DNA of 64,000 bases. It comes from Monodelphis domestica. Its lineage: Eukaryota. The position numbers were made by a program, and so were the translations under genes. Shown piece by piece: positions 26,401-37,665 of the stretch. The notes beneath the pieces are model-generated. The model was not told the DNA's origin. It saw nothing but the letters and a program-made list of their open reading frames with translations, and made no database searches. Each line of letters starts with the position of its first letter. The first letter of the stretch is position 1. The DNA lies in the NCBI RefSeq assembly GCF_027887165.1, contig NC_077230.1, positions 289,078,949-289,142,948 on the forward strand. Reading direction: 5' to 3'.

Positions 26401-26565
26401 TATTATATAGCATTCCTGCTTTGGATGGAAAACTAGATCTTTAAGGTACCTTTCAAATCCAAGATTATTTGATAAATTGCAGTCATTATTTACCATTATC
26501 AAGCCTCATGCTTCAGTTTTTTTTAGAGGAATTAAAGAGCTATAAATAGCACTTGGTTATGTTTG

Positions 26566-26752
26566 TTTTTTTTTCCAAATACCTTTACCTTCTGTCTTAA
26601 AATCAATACTGTGTATGGGTTCCAAGGCAGAAGAGTGGCTAGTCAATGGGAATTAAGTAACTTGCCCAGAATCACACAGCTAGGAAGTGTCTGAGGCCAG
26701 ATTTGAACTGAGAACTTCCTGTCTCTAGGCCTGGCTCTCAATCCACTAAACC
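26566..26752 (-). mobile_element. Marsupial CORE-SINE, an older and more diverged copy.
   Basis: accttaccttctgtcttaaaatcaatactgtgtatgggttccaaggcagaagagtggctagtcaatgggaattaagtaacttgcccagaatcacacagctaggaagtgtctgaggccagatttgaactgagaacttcc. Confidence 0.8.
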
Positions 26753-26934
26753 CCCTCAAAGGTCAGTCTACTACTGCTTTCCCCAAATCTTTGAACAAGC
26801 TACCACTGACAACTATAGCAGTCTGTTAACAGAGAAATATTTGAAGTAAATATAGTAATTCACTCTCATTTTTCTTCAACAGATGGACAGAGATTCAGAC
26901 TTTTAAGAAAACTGTAATTTTCATAAAGTCTTAC

Positions 26935-27036
26935 CTTTCCATCAGGATGACTGATCTCTCCATGAATTTCTTCTTCTTGTAGTTTAGAATCAGGAGCAGG
27001 GCATATCAATGGTTCAAATATTTCACTGGATATCAC
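26935..27036 (-). CDS. CENPJ: CENPJ exon 13, encoding VISSEIFEPLICPAPDSKLQEEEIHGEISHPDGK.
   Basis: The acceptor tttttttttttaAG is at + 27037-27038 and the donor GTAAGAC at + 26934-26928. The 102 nt make 34 codons. The motif EEEI.GEISHPDGK|VEKV matches CPAP. Confidence 0.9.
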
Positions 27037-27559
27037 CTTAAAAAAAAAAAGGCCTCATCTCTAATCTAAAAACTATATAAGCATCATGGAAGGTAAAAAG
27101 GAATAATCATTTTTATACAGCACCTAATAATGCGTGTCAAGCACTCTGCTAAGCACTTTGCAAATGTTTTATTTGATCTTCAGAATAACTCTGGGAATGT
27201 AGGTACTAATATTTCCATTTCACAGTTCAGGAAACAGATACAAACAAATTAAGCTACTTGCTCAAGGTCACACACCTACTAAGTGTCTTTCTGAGGCCAG
27301 ATTTGAACTTGGGTCTTATCAAGCCCAAATACAATACTTTTATTTACTGTATCACCTAGCTGTCACATCACATTAAATTATTATATATTATGGTAATCTC
27401 CCCCCCAAACTGAGATAATTTACAGATTAAAAATTATTAGGCTTACTATCAAATGACATATATTGTGAAGATGGGATTAACTCTCCCCTGCTCATTTTTA
27501 GATGTAATCACCAGAAGCGTATACACCCCGCTTACACTTGAGTGGGGGAGGTCTGTGAC

Positions 27560-28080
27560 CTACATGTGTAACAGTGGGTGACAAATCAGAACCCACTGAC
27601 TGCCCCTAGGCAGTCCTAAACAAAACTTTAGCTGTAATGGGTCCACGTAAAATGGAAGGAAGTCATAGGAAGTAACAAAAAGGAATATCTTTAAAAATGC
27701 CAAGAACTTCCTGTAAAGAGGCCTTTCACCTTGAACTTGACCCTGGAGGAGCTCTGGCTGAGGACTGCTTCTATTAGGACTACAATGTGGGTGAATGAAA
27801 AAGGCTGATTCCCTGTATTTTCTGAAGGGACTAGCCTCAGGAGAGGCTTTCCCTCTTGAGAGAGGCTTCATGACTGAAGTCATTGCTTTATTCATTCCCG
27901 GACCCTCCAGCTGAGGACTGATTAGCCCTGTCTGGTTTGAGCCAGGGGCCAGAGCAAAATGCTTAGTGTGTTAGGTTAGATATCTTATCCTATCCTCTCT
28001 CTGATTTTCCTTCTTTCACTCTTTCTCCTTTTGTAAATAAACTACCATTAAAAATCATTTGGAATTGATTAATTCTTGGC
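27560..28080 (+). mobile_element. Candidate solo LTR (unclassified ERV family).
   Basis: It starts TGTAACAG..., has an internal AATAAA (tgtaaataaactaccattaaaaatc), and ends ...cttggcaacCA. It is more GC-rich than the flanks. No internal retroviral genes are adjacent. Confidence 0.3.
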
Positions 28081-28924
28081 AACCATACTTTTAAAAAATT
28101 TAGTCCAACCTCTTATATTCTGCACCTTACAATAGTAGTAGTAGTAGTCTCTCGGTGACCGAGGATGACGATTGTCTTTGTGCGTTTTTGTGCACAAAGA
28201 CACTTGTGCATGAAGATTTAAGTGGAAAAGTCGATGCACAGAGACAATATTCAGTTCTAAGCAACAGGAACATTGAATTACTTAATTATAAAGGGCAGAG
28301 TGTCGTGAAATACTCTGGCAGTCTGATGAAACCTACAGACTCCTTCTCACAATGTTTTTAGATGTAAAAATAAAATAATTAGGATTATAAAGCAAACCAA
28401 TTATGTTGAAATACATTTATAAAAAATTTTTTTTAAAGTAAGGGACCCTGGGTTAAGGAAAGATTTACCTACAATTTCCTGACAATGATAATATTCCATT
28501 AAATCTACTAAAACAAAAGTCAAGATAATCTTGAAAAAGTGAAGATAATCTAGCATCCTATGATGTCCCTGGTGCCCATATTAAAAAAAAAAAAACAACA
28601 ACAACCCAAAGCCAGTGCTGCAAGGGCAAAGTGAATCTATGTCAAAGGTTTCCAGCTTCCAGAGCCATTGCTGGATCAACTTCAGCTCCAGCCTCTGACC
28701 CACCTCACACCAGCACCTTTTGATCAAGCTCCCTTTGTTACATATACCTTCTTCATAGGCCTCCCAGGAAAACCTTGAAACATCTGTCTGCCTCCCTCAA
28801 GGTACTTCTCCCTCATCCACTGATACTCATCTTAGACTTAATTTCTCAAGGGTTAACATATTCCCATCCCATTTTTGGACTCTCCCTATCCTCATGATGT
28901 TGACCCTCCAGTTACTGAATAAAA

Positions 28925-30957
28925 CCATTCCCTTACCCCACCTATTCTTTCTCTTATTCCCATCTATCTTCTTCCTGTTCCTCCAAAATCCTACTCTGGA
29001 ATTGCCCAATCCTTCCACTGTGCTCCCTGGGATACCTGTTGCATAATTCAACTTCCTTTAACCTTAAGCTTTTTCTTTCTCTTCCATCTTCTGGAATTTA
29101 CAGGCACCCAGCTGTCTCTTGATGGTACTGCATCTCTGGCCATACTTTCCAACACACACTGTGCTTTTTCTCATTTGTTACGGTGGGACAGCTAGAATAC
29201 TCATTGCCATTGCTACTTTCAGACTTTACAACCAATGATTGGCAACTCCTCCTCTGCAGTGTACACTATCCATCTTCAGAATCAAATATAAAATCCTGTT
29301 TGGCATTCAAAGTCCTTCATAACCTCCCCTCCCCTTTCCAGTCTTATACTTACACTTATCACTCCACCCCATGTACTCTGTGATCCAATGACCCTGGCCT
29401 TCTTGTAGTTCCTCCTCTCCCAATCCTATGCATTTTCACTAGCTGTCTCTCATGCACGGAATGCTCTCCTTCCCTCCTCACTTGTGCTTTCTGGCTTCCC
29501 TGGCTTCTTTCAAATCCAGCTAAATTCTTACCTTCGAAAGAATGCCTTTCCCAATCTTCCTTGAACTTTAAAAAGTTTTCTACTCCTTTAGACTGCAATT
29601 TCCTTAAGGGCAGAGCATGTCTTTTGTCTTTCTTTGTATTTCACACATTAGCACAATAGTGTTACTTAATATTTACTGAATTCAAATCCTAGTAGAGTAT
29701 GGTGCCTGGCACACTGTGTTCCTTTCTACCCCCAAGTCCTGCCAATCTCCTGAGAGATTTCACCATATCTTCTGATGTTCCCTTAACTCCCTAGTTCTTC
29801 AAAATGGTCAGCTCCCTAACCCAATTCTACCACTGTATCCCTCCCACACAAAGATATGGTCACATGTTCATTCTTCCTATCATCCATTAATGTTCTATTT
29901 CTACAGTGATGAACTTTATCAGAATCTTTTGTCATTCCATCTTTCCTTATCACCAGTCATATCTAGCAAAACCTCAACCTTGGATGACACTCCCCTTCTG
30001 CCTTTGCTACTTACTATCCACACACTACTGAATAGAGCTGGAAGAAATCAAAAAACACTATGCAGCTGACTGGGTCCACTACAAATTTATGTTCTTTACT
30101 TTCAATGGTTCCTTCCTAGTAGCAAGGCAATCATTCCAGTCTTAGTACACTCTACCCAATTTGCCACAATCTTCCCATCAGCACACCCTTCCCCATGCCT
30201 TTTCAGGAGACAACCTTGCCTCATATATATTTCACTGAAAAAAACAGCCATTTGCTGTTACCTCAAAAATCTGTTTTTGGCATTTAAGGTGATTCTCCAC
30301 CCCACCTCACCCTTCCTAACTTTCCAGTGTTTTCATATTTTGCTTTCTCCACTTCTATTCCCACATTCTACAGTTTGGTGAGTCTGGCTTACCCGATGTT
30401 CCTCAAATAAGGCACTCCATCTCTCATCTCTGCCCTTTGTACAGAGGTATCCCCTTACTTGGAATGCTTTCCCTCATCTCTGCTTCTTGACAGCCCTAGC
30501 TTCTTTCAAGACTTAGCTCAAAGGTCACCTTCTTAAGGGAGGCCTTTTCAGTCACCCCAGTCACTTAAGTCTTTCTAAAATTACTATCATGTTGTTTTTA
30601 CACACTTATTGTGTATGTAGGCATTTATTCCTTCCCCATTAGATGTAAGCTCCTTAAATTTCCTTAAAAATTTATTTCTTGAAGCAGCTAGTAGCACAGT
30701 GGATAAAGTACCAGGCTTCCAGTCAGGAGGTCCTGAGTTCAAATTTGACCTCAGATACTTCCGAGTTGTGAGACCTTGGACAAGTCACCTAACCCCAATT
30801 GCCTAGCCCTTGCTATTCCTCTGTCTTAAGAGTCTTTACTAAGACAGAAGTGTCCCCCACCCCACCACCTGCAAAAAAAAAAAAGTACTTATTTCTTTCC
30901 TATTAGTAAGTTCCTTAAAGCCAGGAACAATTCTCTGTATTTTTGCCTTGCCTCAGT
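28925..30957. repeat. Tandem duplication unit 1 (2,033 bp).
   Basis: Sequence from 28925 onward is identical to 30958 onward at an offset of 2032 (for example, 29161-29220 = 31193-31252 and 30661-30722 = 32693-32754, base for base). The ORF track shows identical ORFs at 28827/30889, 29183/31215 and 29359/31391. Confidence 0.9.
30682..30885 (+). mobile_element. Marsupial CORE-SINE inside duplication unit 1. An identical copy lies at 32714-32917 in unit 2.
   Basis: AAGCAGCTAGTAGCACAGTGGATAAAGTACCAGGCTTCCAGTCAGGAGGTCCTGAGTTCAAATTTGACCTCAGATACTTCC...CAAGTCACCTAACCCCAATTGCCTAGCCCTTGC. Confidence 0.8.
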
Positions 30958-32989
30958 ACTTCCCTTACCCCACCTATTCTTTCTCTTATTCCCATCTATC
31001 TTCTTCCTGTTCCTCCAAAATCCTACTCTGGAATTGCCCAATCCTTCCACTGTGCTCCCTGGGATACCTGTTGCATAATTCAACTTCCTTTAACCTTAAG
31101 CTTTTTCTTTCTCTTCCATCTTCTGGAATTTACAGGCACCCAGCTGTCTCTTGATGGTACTGCATCTCTGGCCATACTTTCCAACACACACTGTGCTTTT
31201 TCTCATTTGTTACGGTGGGACAGCTAGAATACTCATTGCCATTGCTACTTTCAGACTTTACAACCAATGATTGGCAACTCCTCCTCTGCAGTGTACACTA
31301 TCCATCTTCAGAATCAAATATAAAATCCTGTTTGGCATTCAAAGTCCTTCATAACCTCCCCTCCCCTTTCCAGTCTTATACTTACACTTATCACTCCACC
31401 CCATGTACTCTGTGATCCAATGACCCTGGCCTTCTTGTAGTTCCTCCTCTCCCAATCCTATGCATTTTCACTAGCTGTCTCTCATGCACGGAATGCTCTC
31501 CTTCCCTCCTCACTTGTGCTTTCTGGCTTCCCTGGCTTCTTTCAAATCCAGCTAAATTCTTACCTTCGAAAGAATGCCTTTCCCAATCTTCCTTGAACTT
31601 TAAAAAGTTTTCTACTCCTTTAGACTGCAATTTCCTTAAGGGCAGAGCATGTCTTTTGTCTTTCTTTGTATTTCACACATTAGCACAATAGTGTTACTTA
31701 ATATTTACTGAATTCAAATCCTAGTAGAGTATGGTGCCTGGCACACTGTGTTCCTTTCTACCCCCAAGTCCTGCCAATCTCCTGAGAGATTTCACCATAT
31801 CTTCTGATGTTCCCTTAACTCCCTAGTTCTTCAAAATGGTCAGCTCCCTAACCCAATTCTACCACTGTATCCCTCCCACACAAAGATATGGTCACATGTT
31901 CATTCTTCCTATCATCCATTAATGTTCTATTTCTACAGTGATGAACTTTATCAGAATCTTTTGTCATTCCATCTTTCCTTATCACCAGTCATATCTAGCA
32001 AAACCTCAACCTTGGATGACACTCCCCTTCTGCCTTTGCTACTTACTATCCACACACTACTGAATAGAGCTGGAAGAAATCAAAAAACACTATGCAGCTG
32101 ACTGGGTCCACTACAAATTTATGTTCTTTACTTTCAATGGTTCCTTCCTAGTAGCAAGGCAATCATTCCAGTCTTAGTACACTCTACCCAATTTGCCACA
32201 ATCTTCCCATCAGCACACCCTTCCCCATGCCTTTTCAGGAGACAACCTTGCCTCATATATATTTCACTGAAAAAAACAGCCATTTGCTGTTACCTCAAAA
32301 ATCTGTTTTTGGCATTTAAGGTGATTCTCCACCCCACCTCACCCTTCCTAACTTTCCAGTGTTTTCATATTTTGCTTTCTCCACTTCTATTCCCACATTC
32401 TACAGTTTGGTGAGTCTGGCTTACCCGATGTTCCTCAAATAAGGCACTCCATCTCTCATCTCTGCCCTTTGTACAGAGGTATCCCCTTACTTGGAATGCT
32501 TTCCCTCATCTCTGCTTCTTGACAGCCCTAGCTTCTTTCAAGACTTAGCTCAAAGGTCACCTTCTTAAGGGAGGCCTTTTCAGTCACCCCAGTCACTTAA
32601 GTCTTTCTAAAATTACTATCATGTTGTTTTTACACACTTATTGTGTATGTAGGCATTTATTCCTTCCCCATTAGATGTAAGCTCCTTAAATTTCCTTAAA
32701 AATTTATTTCTTGAAGCAGCTAGTAGCACAGTGGATAAAGTACCAGGCTTCCAGTCAGGAGGTCCTGAGTTCAAATTTGACCTCAGATACTTCCGAGTTG
32801 TGAGACCTTGGACAAGTCACCTAACCCCAATTGCCTAGCCCTTGCTATTCCTCTGTCTTAAGAGTCTTTACTAAGACAGAAGTGTCCCCCACCCCACCAC
32901 CTGCAAAAAAAAAAAAGTACTTATTTCTTTCCTATTAGTAAGTTCCTTAAAGCCAGGAACAATTCTCTGTATTTTTGCCTTGCCTCAGT
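30958..32989. repeat. Tandem duplication unit 2 (2,032 bp), apparently 100% identical to unit 1.
   Basis: Same as unit 1. The junction reads ...gccttgcctcagtactt|cccttaccccacctattc. The distal end reads ...cctcagtactt|ggcacaaggcacaatactt, where the duplication stops. Confidence 0.9.
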
Positions 32990-33218
32990 ACTTGGCACAA
33001 GGCACAATACTTAGAACACAGTAAGAACCCCCCAAAATGCTTGATTGATTAAAGCTAATTTTTAAAAAGCTTTAGCAAAACCTTTTATTCACTCATCTAT
33101 CTAATCACTTATCTCTTTATCTACTTTTCTTTTCAAGGCAAGTTAGTAAGGAGTTGATTCTAACACCAATTAATGTATATTTACAAGCAATAAAATATTA
33201 AGTTATTACAAAATTCAC

Positions 33219-33283
33219 CTGTCCTTTATCTGAATTACTTAGATCATGAACTGGTGCTGACTTTGGTCTCCGAGGCAGATTTC
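33219..33283 (-). CDS. CENPJ: CENPJ exon 12, encoding (G)NLPRRPKSAPVHDLSNSDKGQ.
   Basis: The acceptor tttgttaaaaacAG is at + 33284-33285 and the donor GTGAAT at + 33218-33213. The 65 nt break down as 2 + 21 codons. It matches human ...[22 protein letters not shown]. Confidence 0.88.
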
Positions 33284-34394
33284 CTGTTTTTAACAAACAA
33301 AAAAGAGTTACATTAAAAATAAAGTTGGTAACATTAAAATGTCTCCTTTCAACTAAAATAGACTCATATCAGATCCATGTACTTATTTTTTAAGTCTTAA
33401 AACTAAATATACTTTCTCAGTAGTTTAGTATGTTGGCTTACACATTTTTTCAACTTTGGCATCTGAAATAGAATCATAGGTCACATTTAATCCTCTCATT
33501 TTAAATTAAAGAAACTGAGGCCCTCGAGAGGTAGCCAACAACAAAGAATATTTCTATAGTACAAGTGTATGATGATTTAGTTTTGAGAACATCTTCTTGA
33601 GAACTCAGCTAATTTAGAGAATTAGCAAAAATTCCTCTTACCTTTGTATAGCATATAATAAAAGTTATTGGGCTAATAGCTTATATAGCACAAAAATATA
33701 GCACATACAACTGAAGGCAACAAAACAACTTGGAAAAGAGAGGTCCCATAACACTAAGTACAAACTTTCTAATGAAAACCTATCCTACATGCTGCCTCTC
33801 TATGGCTGTTTGGTTATGTCTACCATGATCTTCCACGTGAATTATGCAATTTTACTTTTAAAAACGATTAGTTTATAGATTCTGTCCCAGTTATGATGAG
33901 GTACCCTCTGTTGTAACAACATCCAGACTGCAGCAAATGAGACCTAGAAATTAGTTCAAGGAATAATTAAGGCTTCTTTCAAAACATTTAAGCAATAGGT
34001 CTTTCACAATTTAGCTGTTACACTATTCTTCCCCACCTCTCCTGCAATGTCATAGGAATCCCCCATGCTTTAAAGAGGGATGTTTATTTCAGGCTTAAAC
34101 ACAGACTATAAGAAAAACTTGGTGACTTTCCATCATCTCATTTTTTCAGATACTATGATAGAATCAAGATGACAGAACTGTAGTGCTAAAAGAGGCCTTA
34201 GTGATCATTTAGTTCAAATCCCATCATTTTACGGATAAGAAACTGAAGCCTAAATGGTAAAGCACACAAATTTCCAGAGGTGGTATCAGCTTAATTAAAT
34301 AACCTTAACTAAAATTTTCTAATCCTATTTTTTCTTTACAAATTACTACTCATAAGAAATACTTCTGCTATTATTATCTTAATTTTTTTTTTTT

Positions 34395-34520
34395 GCAGAT
34401 AAGAAACTGAGACAGATATAGTCACACAGCCTAAATGTGTGTCTAAGGGCAAATCTGAACTCAGGTCTCCCTGACTTTGGGCCCAGCACTCTATTCACTG
34501 CATCACCTAGCTACCTCCAT
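34395..34520 (+). mobile_element. MIR-type CORE-SINE fragment.
   Basis: gcagataagaaactgagacagatatagtcacacagcctaaatgtgtgtctaagggcaaatctgaactcaggtctccctgactttgggcccagcactctattcactgcatcacctagctacc. Confidence 0.75.
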
Positions 34521-34619
34521 TCTTTCAGAAATTTCAAAACCATAAAATAAGCTAAACTTTTTGTTGTTTAGTGATTTTGGTAGGGTCTTCAGTTGGGTTA
34601 GGTTTTTTAGCAGATTTAC

Positions 34620-34765
34620 TAAAGTGATTTGCCATTTCCGTCTCCGGCTTTATTTTACAGACGAAGAAACTGAGACCAGTAGGGTTAAGTGACTTGCCCA
34701 AGGTCAAAAAACCTCTAGAGGTTCTGAGGCCAAGACTTGAACTTTATCTACTATGCTGGCTAGCT
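34620..34765 (+). mobile_element. MIR-type CORE-SINE fragment.
   Basis: ttttacagacgaagaaactgagaccagtagggttaagtgacttgcccaaggtcaaaaaacctctagaggttctgaggccaagacttgaactttatctactatgctggctagc. Confidence 0.75.
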
Positions 34766-36082
34766 AAACTTACTCCATGTATTTAAAGCCCTCAGAGGGA
34801 GATTAGCTCGTCTCATTGGCCAATTAGCTGTTCCTTTCTTGACTCAATCAAAATTTATACCTTGTAAAGAAATCACAAGGTTTAAATCATATTTTTTATA
34901 TATTTTAAATTTCATCTACTCAACTTAAATGCCCGAGCCTCCTTGTGATTTCATTGATTGTTTTTTAATGGGGCAAAATGGGGCAAAAATTAAGATTTAT
35001 GCCAAGAATGAGTATTTCTTAATACTTAAAGCCAACCATTCTGTTTTTATGTCTTTGTAGTTTCCCCATCAACAGATTCAAAGAACTATTAATCAGGCAT
35101 CACTGATTGTGTGTATTCAATCAGTTGATTATATTGACATAATGAAAACTAAGTGTTTATAATCTCAGTCAGGTTGAGGGAAATAGGGGATGTTTGTTTT
35201 ACTGACTTTTTTGGTACCCATGTCTGCTTTTGGGATAATTAGGTAAGATCATTCAAGAAACAATGGAGTAAATAAATGTTAAAACAAACCTAGTTCAAAC
35301 ACCAAATCCCAAAGAGGAAAAACAAGATGGTAACTATACTGATGATGTCCCTGCACAGTGAGTTATATTAACAATTTGTTTAAAAAAAAACAGTTCCACT
35401 CCCAGCAAAATTAAGAAGTTATTTACCAAGAGAATAAAAACAATTTAAAAAATGAAGTTCTAAATTCTCTAACTAAAAAAGTAACAGTTTTCCGAAAGTG
35501 TAGCTTATGTAAAGTGGGAGATGAAAATGTTCTTGAAATTCTTTTTCTAAATAGTTAAATCAGCATTATGTTATTTGGTACCACTTCCAATAAGCAATAA
35601 GAAACCATTTCAAAAGATTTTGCAAAAACTGATAGCATTTTCTTTAAAGAAAATAAGTGCAAAAAAAAGTTTTAAATTAAAAAAAGTTGAGAGGAGTAAC
35701 AGAAGAACTTACAAATGAATCTGTAAATGTGGATTTAAGAATTACTTTCCATTTATAATCAATGTATCTTATATGTACATAGTTATTTGTACAATGTATC
35801 CTCCATTATAATGCTGAATTTCTTGATGGCAGGTCCATGATTTTACTTTTATTTGTATCCTCAGGACTTAGCACAGTGCTTAAGTACTAGTAAATGCTTA
35901 TTAAAAGAATCTAAACTCAAATTCAGTCAAGGAAGAGGAAAAAGAGTTCCAAAGCAGCAAAAAAATTGAGAACTTAATTCACAAAACAAATCAGTAAGAA
36001 GTAAACCCTTAACAAGTCATACTAAGTTTCTTGCAATATGTATATATGCTTAGAACAGTACAACCCACAAGCAATTTCATAC

Positions 36083-36149
36083 CTGCTCTTGGTGAATGGT
36101 TTTTCTTGTATTTTTCCATCTGATTTGTTGAAGATAAGTTCTGGCTTTT
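36083..36149 (-). CDS. CENPJ: CENPJ exon 11, encoding KSQNLSSTNQMEKYKKNHSPRA plus 1 hanging nucleotide.
   Basis: The acceptor ttgttaagctttcAG is at + 36150-36151 and the donor GTATGA at + 36082-36077. The length is 67 nt. It matches human ...[23 protein letters not shown]. Confidence 0.85.
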
Positions 36150-36339
36150 CTGAAAGCTTAACAATGGATTCTGTAATCATATTACATATATGGATACTTT
36201 AAGTAAAAAAGAATGCTTAGTTTTTTAACAGTGAACAATCTGTGACAAAAACATTAAGCATCATTTTGCTCAGTTTGTTTTCAGAAGCCAATATCAAGTG
36301 TTTATTCCTACACCAAAGGATCTATAATGAGCCAGATAA

Positions 36340-37110
36340 GTAATCTACTTTCAGGGAGGGAAATACTCTTTTAAGAACATTACAAACCATTCTGGAGGGA
36401 AATTTGGAATTATGACCAAAGGGTGATAAAAGACTGTCTGCCCTTTGATCCAGCCATAGCACTGCTGGGTTTGTACCCCAAAGAGATAATAAGGAAAAAG
36501 ACATGTACAAGAATATTCATAGCTGCGCTCTTTGTGGTGGCAAAAAGTTGGAAAATGAGGGGATGCCCTTCAACTGGGGAATGGCTGAACAAATTGTGGT
36601 ATATGTTGGTGATGGAATACTGTTGTGCTCAAAGGAATAATAAACTGGAGGAATTCTATGGGAACTGGAATAACCTCCAGGAAGTGATGCAGAGTGAGAG
36701 GAGCAGAACCAGGAGAACATTGTACACAGAGACTAATACACTGTGGTACAATCAAATGTAATGGACTTCTCCATTAGTGGTAATGCAGTGATCCTGAATA
36801 ACCCGGAGGGATCTATGAGAAAGAACACTATCCACATTCAAAGGAAAAACTGTGGGAATAGAAACAGAAGAAAACCAACTGCTTGAATACATGAGTCTAT
36901 GGGGATATGGCTGGGGATGTAGATTCCAAATGAACATCCTACTGCAAACACCAACAACATGGAACTAGGTTCTGATCAAGGTCGCATGTAATACCCAATG
37001 AAATTGTATGTCGGCTGTGAGAACGATGGGGGTAGGGGAGGGAGGGAAATACTTTGATTCTTGTAACCAAGGAATAATGTTCTAAGTTGACTAAATAAAT
37101 TAATTTAAAT
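36340..37110 (+). mobile_element. L1 3'-end fragment (ORF2 C-terminus plus 3' UTR plus A-tail).
   Basis: The + ORF at 36423-36761 reads CLPFDPAIALLGLYPKEI...WKMRGCPSTGEWLNKLWYMLVMEYCCAQRN. An A-rich tail lies at 37091-37108. Confidence 0.8.
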
Positions 37111-37425
37111 AAAAAAAAGAACAGTACAAAAATAGTTTGATTTTCCCCCTACCCAATAGCCTAGAAAGGAAATTATTCACTCAATTAACAAATCTCTCAA
37201 TTTGTATCTCAGTCTTAAAATTTCAAAATGCCAATTAACTGAATTTTAAAATTCAAATCTACAATTTAAAATTAAAATCTCTTTTCAGGCTTATTATAAA
37301 AACCTTCATTTTAACTACAGATTATAATTAATAATGTTTGCAACAATTGTAAAAAAAATTTTTTTAACTTTGACTGTATTTGGATTAACTTCTGTGTGAT
37401 CAATATAAAATAACTATAAACTCAC

Positions 37426-37665
37426 TGTAGGCTCTTCTTTCACAGAAATCAGGAGATGTTCATTCTTTAGATTGTTTTCAATAGCTTCTGCTTTTTTCCA
37501 GGCTTCAAGTCGAAACCGTTCCATTATTTTTATCTCTTCTCGAAGGTCTGTGTTTTCTTTAGCTAATGTTTCTATCTGGCTTTTAAGACGACCATGTGTA
37601 TTTGACCACTTTGTCTCTTTTCGTTTCAGCTCTTCCTGTAAATCTGCTATTTGTTGTTTTAAAGC
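37426..37665 (-). CDS. CENPJ: CENPJ exon 10 (coiled coil), encoding [80 protein letters not shown].
   Basis: The acceptor ttctctttcaaAG is at + 37666-37667 and the donor GTGAGT at + 37425-37420. The 240 nt make 80 codons. It matches human [63 protein letters not shown]. Confidence 0.9.

Noticed and set aside
28827-31630. Pairs of identical small ORFs (MNYATGIPGSTVEGLG…, MGQLEYSLPLLLSD…, MQSKGVENFLKF…).
   Set aside because: They are a product of the 2,032-bp tandem duplication of non-coding repeat sequence. They have low complexity and no homology, so they are not genes.
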